A stretch of 63,487 bases of DNA, filler included, from Octopus bimaculoides (taxonomy: Eukaryota): NCBI RefSeq assembly GCF_001194135.2. It is 4 parts of 4 records of this genome, joined end to end, with 100 filler letters (N's around TTAATTAATTAA, not from the genome) between each part and the next. Parts side by side here need not be neighbours in the genome. Positions count along the whole stretch, not along the records: positions 1 to 19,820 come from NC_068984.1; 3 more parts are not named here. One strand, given 5' to 3'. Position numbers and translations under genes: made by a program. Below the pieces are notes generated by a model, which saw nothing but the letters and a program-made list of their open reading frames with translations, searched no databases and was not told the origin of the DNA. Positions 1-9,364 of this stretch are shown here, piece by piece (position 1 is the first letter of the stretch; every line of letters starts with the position of its first letter).

Positions 1-62
1 AGGATGGAGGGGTAGACAGAGGCATGGCGGGAGAAAAGATCATCATCATCATCATCATCATC

Positions 63-96
<34 letters not shown>

Positions 97-319
97 GGGG
101 GACCAGTCAAGCAGCACATCACGCTGTAATTTCTAATATGATTATTTCTTTGTTAAAATGTTTGGGCGTGTTGGATATTTGGCTGTTATATCAGTTTGGT
201 TGAGTGACCATATAGAGGTTCTTGTTTGTTCCAGGATTGATGCCATATAACACCAGGTCAACTCTAATGGAGCACCCTTATGCTTCACTTGTAGTCAGCC
301 GAATGATGAGGTGTGATTT

Positions 320-510
320 GCACACCGGGCGAAATGCTTAGCGGTATTTCGTCTGCCGTTACGTTCTGAGTTCAAATTCCGCCGAGGTCGACTTGACCTT
401 TCATCCTTTCGGGGTCGATTAGATAAGTACCATTTACGCACTGGGGTCGATGTAATCAACTTAATCCCTTTGTCTGTCCTTGTTTAGCCCCTTGTGGGCA
501 ATAAAGAAAT
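320..510 (+). mobile_element. SINE family A (tRNA-derived head, ..CCTTTCATCCTTTCGGGGTCGAT.. core), young copy
   Basis: GAGTTCAAATTCC B-box-like motif and core shared with more than 10 other copies in the window. Confidence 0.85.
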
Positions 511-842
511 ACTTGTACTAAATCTTCTAATAACTGAGGACTATAGAGACTTAAGTACCACCCCACATGTGCAAGAGAGGATATAATTGATTGAGTGTTT
601 GTATTTTAGGGACTACAGATGGGTACAAGGTAGAATTTGAACTCAGAATGTGGATAGGCAAAATGGAATTCATACATTTTTATCAATTTGTTGTTTGATT
701 TTTTTAACAGTTAATTATATTCCTTCATATGTAGAATAAAAATAATTTAAAAAATCATTGTTAATGATGAGGATGAGGGAAAAGTGCATGAAGAAGATGT
801 TGATGATTTTTAGTTTGATAGCATCCAAACTTACTTTTTCAG

Positions 843-1034
843 CTGCGTGACTGTGAACTGGGGGCCATCGTGAACAGGGAGCTAAAGCAAAGGGTGCGCC
901 CCGTCCATGGGATTACGGCCCACAAGCCCATTGTCAAGCAGGACATCAAACTTGCCGCAAAGATCATACAGAACCTAGATTCTAAGTGGAAACTCTGGGA
1001 TGATCATGGAGAAGAGAAGAAAGATCTTGAAAAG
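843..1034 (+). CDS. SRRT: SRRT/Ars2 coding exon (first in window; the gene starts upstream of the window)
   Basis: Acceptor ttactttttcAG at 841-842, donor AAG|GTAATT at 1035. Translates [52 protein letters not shown], matching the metazoan ARS2 segment (human, from memory, [42 protein letters not shown]). Phase 0/0. Confidence 0.95.
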
Positions 1035-1368
1035 GTAATTTTTTTATTTTTAAATTTTATAATTTGTAACTTTTAGGTGAGTGGGCAATATTTTTTATTT
1101 GCATTACTTTCTGACTAACTCTCATGTATCATGCTCTGATTGGGCAAAGACATAATCAAATGCCTTCTGTAAATTAGGACATTATTTCAAGTGAACACAG
1201 AGAGACTCCCTTTTAAGTACACACAACTAGTGATACACAGTTTAAGCAATACTGTTCTCAAATTTGTTGGCCTTATGTCTTCCTTGAGAACATCAAGTAG
1301 TATACATTATGTACATTATATACATTATTTACACTTGACAGATATTTGTCCTCATCTTGTTTGTTGTT

Positions 1369-1414
1369 AACACAATGTTTTGGCTGATATACCCTTCAGC
1401 CTTCATCAGGTGCC
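1369..1414 (-). ncRNA. Degenerate type-I hammerhead motif, family 1
   Basis: Minus strand GGCAC-CTGATGA-A-GGCTG-N10-CAGCC-AAAA-CATT-GTGTT; G12>A and stem III lesion. Confidence 0.6.
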
Positions 1415-1859
1415 TTGGGGAAATTTTGAGTCTGGGTTCTCATTTCTAAGGTATTTTTCGATGTTGTTGTTGTTTTTCTTACTACTACTACTGCTGCTGC
1501 TGCTGTTGTTATTATTCAAGTCACTGCTTGGAATCGAACTCAGAATCTTGGGGTTAAGAGCGCGGGCTACTAACCCTTAGATTCCGAGTTCGATTCCAAG
1601 CAGTGACCATAATAATAATAATAATAATAATAATAGTAACATCAAAAAATACCTTATTATTCAGGTAACTGCCTGGAATCGAATTCGGAATCTTGGAGTT
1701 AGTAGCCTGCACTTAACCACTCTGCCATATGCCCACCGGCATATAGCGCGGGCTACTAACCCCAAGATTCTGAGTTCGATTCCAGGCAGTGACCCGAATA
1801 ATAATAAGAACATCGAAAAATACCTTCGGAAAGAGAACCCAGGTTCAAAATTTCCCCAA

Positions 1860-1905
1860 GACACCTGATGAAGGCTGGAAGGTATATCAGGTGAAACATT
1901 GTGTT
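1860..1905 (+). ncRNA. Degenerate type-I hammerhead motif, family 1
   Basis: GACAC-CTGATGA-A-GGCTG-N10-CAGGT-GAAA-CATT-GTGTT; stem II mismatch, stem III ACAT instead of ACGT. Confidence 0.6.
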
Positions 1906-2099
1906 AACAACAAACAAGATGACAAATATCTGTCAAATGTAAATAATGTACATAATTCCTCATCTCTTAAATATAGAACTGTATCACGTAGTATAGTAAC
2001 TGTTACCTTATCCAAGGTGAGGTTTAGCTCTTACCTTAATACAGTTTCTGCTGGCTTTGCGAAATGATTAATTAAACTGACATTTGATTATTATCTTTT

Positions 2100-2478
2100 A
2101 TCTTTTACTTGTTTCAGTAATTAGGCTGTGGCTATGCTGGGGCACTGCCTTGAGGAATTTTAGTTGATCTAATTGATTCCAGTAATTATTTTCTTTTTAA
2201 GCCTGGTACTTATTCTATTGGTTTCTTTTGCTGAACTGCTAGGTTACGAGGGCATAAACATACCAACACCAGTTGTCAAATGGTGGTAGGGGACAAACAC
2301 ACACACACACATATATATGACGGGTTTCTTTCAGTTTCCATGTACCAAATCCATTCTCAAGATTTTCGTTGACCTGAGGTTTGGTAGAAGACACTTGTCC
2401 AAGGTGCTACACAGTGGAACTGAACACGGAACCATGTGGTTGGGAAGCAAATATCTTACCGCATAGTCATGTCGGTGC
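2100..2478 (-). mobile_element. SINE family B (tRNA head, CORE-like CTTGGGCAAGTGTCTT, internal microsatellite), full length
   Basis: Reverse complement matches 22853-23235 along its length; ends in the ..GAAACAAGTAAAAGA tail. Confidence 0.85.
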
Positions 2479-2540
2479 CTACTGCCTATTGTTCATGTGT
2501 AATTTGTATGTTATTGTTGTCTCTATTCTTTTCATTCCAG

Positions 2541-2631
2541 TCGTATGGTTTGGTGTCGAAGAATCCGGTGTTAAAGAACATAGCTGATTATCTTGTTGAA
2601 GAGGGTAGTTATGAAGAGGAAGAGCTACTTG
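2541..2631 (+). CDS. SRRT: SRRT/Ars2 coding exon
   Basis: Acceptor ttttcattcCAG. Translates [30 protein letters not shown](G), the ARS2 motif NPILKNITDYLIEE. The frame is kept only with a GC donor, G|GCAAGT at 2632. Confidence 0.9.
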
Positions 2632-3311
2632 GCAAGTGACTTTTTATTTTTTGTTTTACTGATGGGATTATTATTTTGTTTAAAATATTGCAAGTTAGTG
2701 GGCAGAGCAGGTTGTGTGGGTTGGGAGAGAACATAAGAAGAAAGGAATTTATAGTGGGATGCAGTACTGAGCAGAGATAAGAAGACGTAGAGTTCGACCA
2801 AGTTGCTTACAAAAGGATCTAAGAAGAGGAGAATGAAATCCTGGAACAGTTGTGTAGATATAGGTGTTGTTTACAGTTAGCAAGTTAAGAGGAGCAGGGG
2901 CAATTGTAGTAGTGGTTAGAAGAGAACAAACAGAGAGGCCATACTCAGTTCAGCAGTGAGCCAGTTAAATGGAAATTTATTTTTATTTCAATAAAGTAGC
3001 TAGTTAAAAAATCTCAAAGAGATGAAAGTAGTAAATTTACTCAGAAGTAATGTTTATTGCCACTTCAACATGGCTGTTTGATGTTACTTCTGTTTTAGCC
3101 TCAGGCAGCTCCCCTGCCAGCTGGTTACTGGTGCAGCCTGCACCCTGTATATATTGCAAGCAGGGGAGTGAACCCCTACCATCCTCTAGCAAATGACAGG
3201 ATCACAAGGCTGAGTGGTTTCAGGCTACTTGTGCTCATCTTGAGTTGTGAACACCTGACCACTAGAGTTATTAAATATTTGTTGCAATTTAAGTATTTTC
3301 TTGCCATTTAG
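2632..3311 (+). other. SRRT: GC-AG intron of SRRT
   Basis: Donor TTG|GCAAGT is the only donor that keeps the frame into exon 3312; positions +3 to +6 (AAGT) match consensus. Confidence 0.8.
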
Positions 3312-3391
3312 GTGGAACCATAGAAGATAAAGACAAATCCAAGGAAGAAACACATGAGCTGACGCTGGATCGGGATGCATCTTTAATTTCA
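3312..3391 (+). CDS. SRRT: SRRT/Ars2 coding exon
   Basis: Acceptor ttgccattTAG, donor TCA|GTAAGT. Translates (G)GTIEDKDKSKEETHELTLDRDASLIS, aligning to ARS2 INVERDEKLIK just before VLD. Confidence 0.85.
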
Positions 3392-3517
3392 GTAAGTTTT
3401 GTTCTTTGACTTCAGTTGATTGTATTATTTGTTATTTTCAATCATTTCATTGCCCACCATAGATTTTCTTTGTTGTGGTGGTGTTTTACAGCTAACTTTT
3501 GTTCCTGTTGCTCAATA

Positions 3518-3750
3518 TTTATTTCTTTGTTGCCCACAGGGAGCTAAACATAGAGGGGACAAACAAAGACAGACAAAGGGATTATGTCGATTACATCAAC
3601 CCCATTGTATAACTGGCACTTATTTAATCGACCCCGAAAAGATGAAAGGCAAAGTTGACTTCAGTGGAATTTGAACTCAGAACGTAAAGGCAGACAAAAT
3701 GCTGCTAAGCATTTCGCCTGGCATGCTAACGATTCTGCCAGCTTGCTGCC
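3518..3750 (-). mobile_element. SINE family A, full length
   Basis: Reverse complement of the head (GCTGGCAGAATCGTTAG), core and ..CCCTTGTGGGCAATAAAGAAATA tail. Confidence 0.85.
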
Positions 3751-4295
3751 CTTCCTAGTGTGGGTAGAGGAGTGAGAGAACAACAGTTACCGTTATTGTT
3801 CTTGTTTGTCTCCCCTTCATCCCAATTTCTGTTTATTTTGGAAATTAATTGAAACACATAGACATGGTGGATGACTGTAAATGCAAAATACCTTTTGGTA
3901 ATCAATTACATCCCTTAAAGATCTGAGTTCAAATTCTATACTCTAAGAAGCATTGCTCCAGCATGGACACAGTAATAATTGAGACTAATTAAAGTCTAAA
4001 ATAATAAGGAAAATTTTGATGTAATATGGCATGCATGGAACTTCCATGGCTTTTACCAATCTTGATTGCTTTTTTGTCTGACCCTACATTTTTCTTAATT
4101 GAAATTAATATTTTTTACTTCGTTCTCTTTTATTTTTTTATGATATTTGAGAGTGTGAATTTTATTTCACCTGTTTTGTAATGTGTTTCTGTGTTGTAGT
4201 GTAGACTTATCCAACCCATGTCAATCTGTTTTATGATGATGGTGATAATAATTTGGATGGTCATTTAATGTTTACATTCTTTTTCTCTTCTACAG

Positions 4296-4446
4296 GTTCT
4301 TGACCGTATGATTCTGTATCTTCGCATTGTCCATTCTTTGGACTATTATAGTGCCAGTGAGTATCCCAATGAAGATGAGATGCCACACCGATGTGGCATT
4401 ATCCATGGACGTGGACCGCCTCCGCTGAAAATAACACAAAATGATG
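4296..4446 (+). CDS. SRRT: SRRT/Ars2 coding exon
   Basis: Acceptor tttttctcttctaCAG, donor G|GTAGGT. Translates [43 protein letters not shown], the highly conserved ARS2 block [29 protein letters not shown]. Confidence 0.97.
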
Positions 4447-5654
4447 GTAGGTATTTTCATTTCTTTTTGATACTTGGTTGCAGTTAAACTGGTGAAATAT
4501 AAAATACTAAGCTACTTGTTTATAGATCACAAGTTTAAACTTGTTATAGGCATTTTCAATGTATTTCTACTGTGTGTCATTTCACTTGTTGTCAAGAATA
4601 GGTACCATATAATGTAGAAGCATTACTTGATATAGAATAATGTTCTATCTGAGAGTAAAAGAAAGGAAATATCCTCTCTTTTCACACCAGGATATGGACT
4701 TTGGTGTTATATTTTCTTTTATAGAGCGCTTCCTTCTGATCAACTTTTAAAATGCATATACAGCACAAAACTGTTAATCATTGAAAATGACTTGCTGAAT
4801 AATGTTACTTTTTGATAACTTGACATTGCTGATTTTTTTATAGCATGAATGCTGATATCATAATATGTTGGGCTGTGCATCTTTTCAATCTATAAGCAGT
4901 CAGAACAAACTACCTTGTTTTGCTCACAGCTTGGTAGAAAACAGTTTTCGTTTATTAGAAATTTATGAAAAAAACTAGACACAAAAAAACTCAGCAGAAA
5001 ACTCACATAAGATTGACACTTCAAAGATGGCCAAGGTAAATAGGATCAGTAAAATACCTATCTAGTATTTAAATGATATGATGTATATCATAGTGATGTG
5101 TCAAATTATTGATAAAGGTACCTAAACTCAAAAGAATCCTTTATGTGTAGTTGTAAATAGCTGCTACGGAAGAAGTAGTCTGTTGCTATAATTGTTGAGT
5201 TCTGTGTATATTTGCTGATTGCTCCATTCAGGTGCAGTTTTCAATATTTGTCTCTTAAGCTTTTGAGAGCTGGTGTATTGGTCATGATGTGAAGTGTACA
5301 AGAAATAATTTTCTTCCTGGATCGGGTTACAGGTCTGTTAGCCTGTTTCTATGATGTGAAGAGTATGAGAAATAAATTTCCTCTTGGATAGGTCAAGAGT
5401 AAAATTCTGTAACTATTTCTGACAGCTATGTGTGAATTCAGTATACTGTCCAGAAATAATGGAATACCTGCAGCCTATTTGAACTCAGTCCACCAGGTTG
5501 TTAATGGGTCCATTGAGGAAGTGCTTTTTGTTTCTGTGTTCCTAGCTGCAATACTGTACTGATCATGGTCGTAGACTAAGGAACCACTCCTCTGTGGATG
5601 TATATAATTGTGAAAAACTAAACAGTTATAAACAGTGTCAGTGTCATTTACAAA

Positions 5655-5870
5655 GCACCCATACCAGTACTGCATTAACACACCCATGCTGGTGACATGT
5701 AAAAAGCACCCAACACACTCTGCCTTAGGAAGGGCATCCAACTGTAGAAACCATGCCACAACAGACAGTTGGAGTCTGGACAACTCCCTGCCAGCCAGCT
5801 CCATGTCAAACCATCCAACTCATGCCAGCATGAAAGGCGGATGTTAAACGATGATGATAATGATGATGAT
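5655..5870 (+). mobile_element. Repeat family D: RTE-type 3' end (..AGGAAGGGCATCC..GGATGTTAAACGATGATGAT tail)
   Basis: Homologous to 13590-13985, 14570-14735 and 18210-18475; (GAT)n tail. The RTE assignment is from recalled tail motifs. Confidence 0.7.
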
Positions 5871-5926
5871 ACTTGTGGCTTCCTTAACACAAGGGTAGTT
5901 ATTGACTCTCATATATGATGAGTTCA

Positions 5927-6282
5927 GCTAACTCTTTCTAAAACACATGGAACTATAAGGCCTAATTCTTTCTGAAACGAGAATGTCTAAAGCTTAATTG
6001 TTTCTGAAATATAACTTTTATAACTTATTTCTTTTGTGAGACACAAGGACTAATAAAGCTTAAATTTTTTCCGAAACCTGAAAACTCAAAGAGCCTAAAT
6101 CTCTTTGGAAACATAAGATCCAAATGGATTAATTCTTTCTGAAACATCACAAGCCATAGGATCTAATTCTCTCTGAAACATTTGAACCCTTATAACTTTT
6201 TTCCAAAAGTATAAAGACTCAGTCAACTTATTTCTTTCTGAAACATAAGAATACACAGGGCTGAATTTTTTCTAAGACACAG
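5927..6282 (+). repeat. Degenerate periodic array: 11 copies of a ctAATTcTTTCTGAAACA-like motif, period 30-35 nt
   Basis: Core TTTCTGAAA-like starts at 5935, 5969, 6001, 6033, 6068, 6103, 6136, 6170, 6200, 6235 and 6269; the intervening 15-17 nt differ between units. Confidence 0.75.
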
Positions 6283-6371
6283 GCCATTTGAACTTAATAT
6301 TCTAAATAATTGTATTTCATTTATTTCATTATTATTCTCCTGTTTTCTTTGTCTTTCTTTTCTGTCTTCAG

Positions 6372-6480
6372 TAACTGATTGGATGAACAATTTTGAAACG
6401 AAATTAAAAGCATTCGTTGATATGCAACATCTTATTGACAAAGAGCAAGCCATTTTATTGGGCAGGAAAGACCCAAATGC
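6372..6480 (+). CDS. SRRT: SRRT/Ars2 coding exon
   Basis: Acceptor tctttctctgtcttCAG after a long pyrimidine tract. Translates (V)TDWMNNFETKLKAFVDMQHLIDKEQAILLGRKDPN(A), with the ARS2 W..FE.KL...GRKDP pattern. Donor GC|GTATCCTTT. Confidence 0.93.
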
Positions 6481-7238
6481 GTATCCTTTCTTGTTTACGT
6501 TGGATTACATTTTACTCTTCGAAATTGATCAAAAAAGGATTTGTAAATATAAAATATTAACCACTCTATGGCACATAGACTTTTAAATAATTTGGCATCT
6601 ATTCTCAATAGGTTTGTGAACTGGGATGAGAATTAAATGTTTTTACTTGAAATGCAATGATATGGTTGCAGTAAATTTGAATTCAGTTTGACCTTGCTGT
6701 AAATATATCCAATAGGGAAATATAGCATATCATTATGAGAAGTGAATGTACTAAGTGAGTATTTTATATTTTGCTACTTTGTAATCCTGAACTTAGTTGC
6801 TCTGTGAATTTATCTGATTGGAAATGGTTATCCCACCTTTGTTTTGATAAAGGATGCTGGCCTAAGATAGAGATCTTTAAAAATAGGTTAGGTTCAGTTC
6901 AAGGTAATTTGAGTGAACCCTTTAGAATTCAGATTACTCTTGCAAATGTAATGCTTATTTATTCACATTTTTTTGGATTAGTCATGCATTCTCTCGCAGC
7001 TTTGAGATTTCAATGGTGTAAGTGTTTATTTTTAGAGTAATATTGTAAGATAAGTGTGAGAGGTTGGGTTTGGCCAGTTTGAAAATAAAACAGGTGGATT
7101 ATCTTGGCTGGACATGGCTGGTTTAAATGCTAAGGGGTTAAATATTTAAACTGGTTGAAGAAGCAACTGACTCTACAGAAACTCTTTTGTTAACCTGTGA
7201 TGTTGATTTCGACATGTTCCTTAATTTGTGATACTCAG
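6481..7238 (+). other. SRRT: U12-type (minor spliceosome) GT-AG intron of SRRT
   Basis: 5' site GTATCCTTT (U12 consensus RTATCCTT). Branch site TTCCTTAAT at 7217-7225, 13 nt before the end of the AG. No pyrimidine tract. Confidence 0.88.
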
Positions 7239-7392
7239 TGAAGTCGAGAAGTTTGTCACTTTGAATACACAAGAGCTGGCCATTGACAAGTGGTTGTGCC
7301 CTTTGAGTGGGAAGAAGTTCAAAGGCCCCGATTTTGTGCGAAAGCACATTTTCAACAAGCACAGTGAAAAAATTGAAGAAGTTAAAAAAGAG
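7239..7392 (+). CDS. SRRT: SRRT/Ars2 coding exon containing the zinc-finger-like motif
   Basis: Translates [51 protein letters not shown], near-identical to ARS2 [25 protein letters not shown]. Donor GAG|GTAGGT. Confidence 0.98.
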
Positions 7393-7929
7393 GTAGGTTT
7401 GCTTTGTGAGTTGCCTGCTTTTTCTATTTCCTTATTGTCGTCGTCGTTTTTAACTGACTCTGTTTTTTAGATTGTCTTTATTGTATTTTATCATTACTAC
7501 TTCTTCAATTTCCATCATCATCCAGTTGTTCTTATTGCATGGATTGCCAGGACTTGTTCTTTCTAGTCTGTTTAGTCCACCATTGCTTGTGGTAGGTCTC
7601 CTCATGTACACTCCCATGCAAGAAATTTGCTGATGATCTCATCCTTAGCTCTCCAGCAATGTCTATCAAATTTTATTCTTTGGCCACAGTGTTCAATTTT
7701 CATGCTAACAATAATTAATGTCTTTTATTCATTATGGTTGACACAGTTGATGTCATTCATTTGTAAAATTTTCCAGATATTCTAAGAGAGAAAAAATGAA
7801 AATTCTGAGTATACTCTATTTAGGAGTAGACTATTTAATTATAACATGCTCCCTACAAAATAATGGTTTTTCCTACAGTAAGAAATTATTATCATCACCA
7901 TTAGCACTGTCAACTTGACAGTAATTCCA

Positions 7930-8405
7930 AATTTTGGCTCAAGGGCAGCAATTTCAGGAAGTAAGTCAATTACATCAACTCCAGTGTTCAACTGGTACTT
8001 ACTTTATTAACACCCAAAAAATGAAAGGCAAAGTTGACCGTGACAGAATTTTAACTTAGAACATAAAGACAAATGAAACGCTGCTAAACATTTCGCCCAG
8101 CATGCTAACAATTCTGCTAACTTGCTGCTGCTGCTGCTAATAATATAATAATAATAATAATAACAACAATCATATATATTATCACCTCATTCATGATATT
8201 CGACTTATTTTTCACAACGGGCATTTTATTTTGTGGAAGGGGTCTTGTTGATTACAGGAGTCCCAGTTCATGACTGGTACCTATTTCATTGATCCTAAAA
8301 GGATGAATGTCAACCTGAGTGGAATTTGAACTCAGAATGTAAAGCTGTAAGAAATGTCGTTTAGCATTTTGTCTGGAATGCTAATGACTCTGCCTGCTTG
8401 TTGCC
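7930..8405 (-). mobile_element. Two SINE family A copies (about 7930-8125 and 8245-8405)
   Basis: Reverse complements of the family A head and core, with many CpG>TpG/CpA changes. Confidence 0.8.
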
Positions 8406-8564
8406 TTTCATTTAGCTCTAATGATAAAGAGAGAATAAATATAAATAAGGCTTGAACTTGCAACCCACTAATATCAGTAATCTTGAATCTCACTGTAGCT
8501 CTAATTACTGTATTTGTTGTGAATGTCTATTCAGTGTTTTAGATGTAATATTCTTGTTTTGAAG

Positions 8565-8757
8565 GTTGCCTTCTTTAACAACTATCTGCTTGACTCTAAA
8601 CGACCTCAGTTGCCTGAACATCCTGGGACCAAACAGCCAGGCTCTAGTGGCACTACAACTGGCCAACGAGACAGCTTGTTGGGGCCAGGTAATGCCTTTC
8701 AAGCAATTCCTCAGATGCTGGCTTACAACCAGCCAAGACCACCTTTACTCTATGGAG
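8565..8757 (+). CDS. SRRT: SRRT/Ars2 coding exon
   Basis: Acceptor ttcttgttttgAAG. Translates VAFFNNYLLDSKRPQLPEHP...YNQPRPPLLYG (ARS2 VAFFNNFL.D.KRP.LPE and QPRPP). Donor G|GTAAGT. Confidence 0.93.
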
Positions 8758-8849
8758 GTAAGTGTATTTATTGTTTTACATTGTTATTTTTGTGGTTGTT
8801 GAGTTGCAGACTAATGGCCCTGTAACCTGTAGCATTATTCCTCTACATT

Positions 8850-9216
8850 TTAAAATGAGTACTTGTAATATACATTATTTACATTTGACGGATATTTGTC
8901 CTCATCTTGTTTGTTGTTAACACAACGTTTCGGCTGATATACCCTCCAGCCTTTGTCAGGTGTCTTGGGGAAATTTCGAACCTGGGTTCTCATTCCTAAC
9001 GATGTTACTATTATTATTATATTATTATTATTATTATTACTATTATTAATCAGGTCGCTGCCGTGAATCAAACTCGGAATCTTGGGGTTAGTAGCCCGCG
9101 CTCTTAACCACTACGCCATATGCCCGTGGGCAATTACGGAGTGAATTTTAGGGCTTATAAATCTATTATTTTTCTATCCTTCCTCAATACCGGTTCCCAT
9201 ATGCTGTTCATATCTG
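8850..9216 (-). mobile_element. Penelope-like element 3' end / pseudo-LTR: ORF C-terminus, tRNA-like box, (AAT)n, hammerhead
   Basis: Minus strand reads DMNSIWEPVLRKDRKIIDL* (stop 9155-9157), then A-box TGGCGTAGTGG (9108-9118), B-box-like GAGTTTGATTC, (AAT)n, and a hammerhead at 8919-8964. Confidence 0.8.
8919..8964 (-). ncRNA. Type-I hammerhead motif, family 1 (G8>A)
   Basis: GACAC-CTGACAA-A-GGCTG-GAGGGTATAT-CAGCC-GAAA-CGTT-GTGTT; all three stems intact, one invariant-core substitution. Confidence 0.7.
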
Positions 9217-9364
9217 NNNNNNNNNNNNNNNNNNNNNNNNNNNNNNNNNNNNNNNNNNNNNNNNNNNNNNNNNNNNNNNNNNNNNNNNNNNNNNNNNNNN
9301 NNNNNNNNNNNNNNNNNNNNNNNNNNNNNNNNNNNNNNNNNNNNNNNNNNNNNNNNNNNNNNNN

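Larger units (their letters stand above)
1322..1982. mobile_element. Four alternating (-/+/-/+) pieces of the PLE terminal-repeat unit (tRNA-like head, (AAT)n, hammerhead)
   Basis: Pieces are homologous to 8850-9216, 39190-39305 and 47705-47790. Orientation switches near 1552, 1656 and 1735. Confidence 0.85.

Noticed and set aside
5915-5975. Intronic C/D snoRNA (ATGATGA..CTGA); similar candidate near 11050-11140
   Set aside because: No terminal stem and no recognisable rRNA/snRNA guide; the boxes are short enough to occur by chance.
5927-6282. CRISPR array
   Set aside because: Animal intron, degenerate repeats, spacers of only 15-17 nt, no cas genes. Kept as a periodic repeat instead.
9055-9125. 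True tRNA gene (Ser-like, ACT loop); likewise the SINE heads at 16830-16905, 22853-22920 and 56840-56910
   Set aside because: A and B boxes are present, but I could not form an acceptor stem or full cloverleaf, and each is embedded in a multi-copy repeat.
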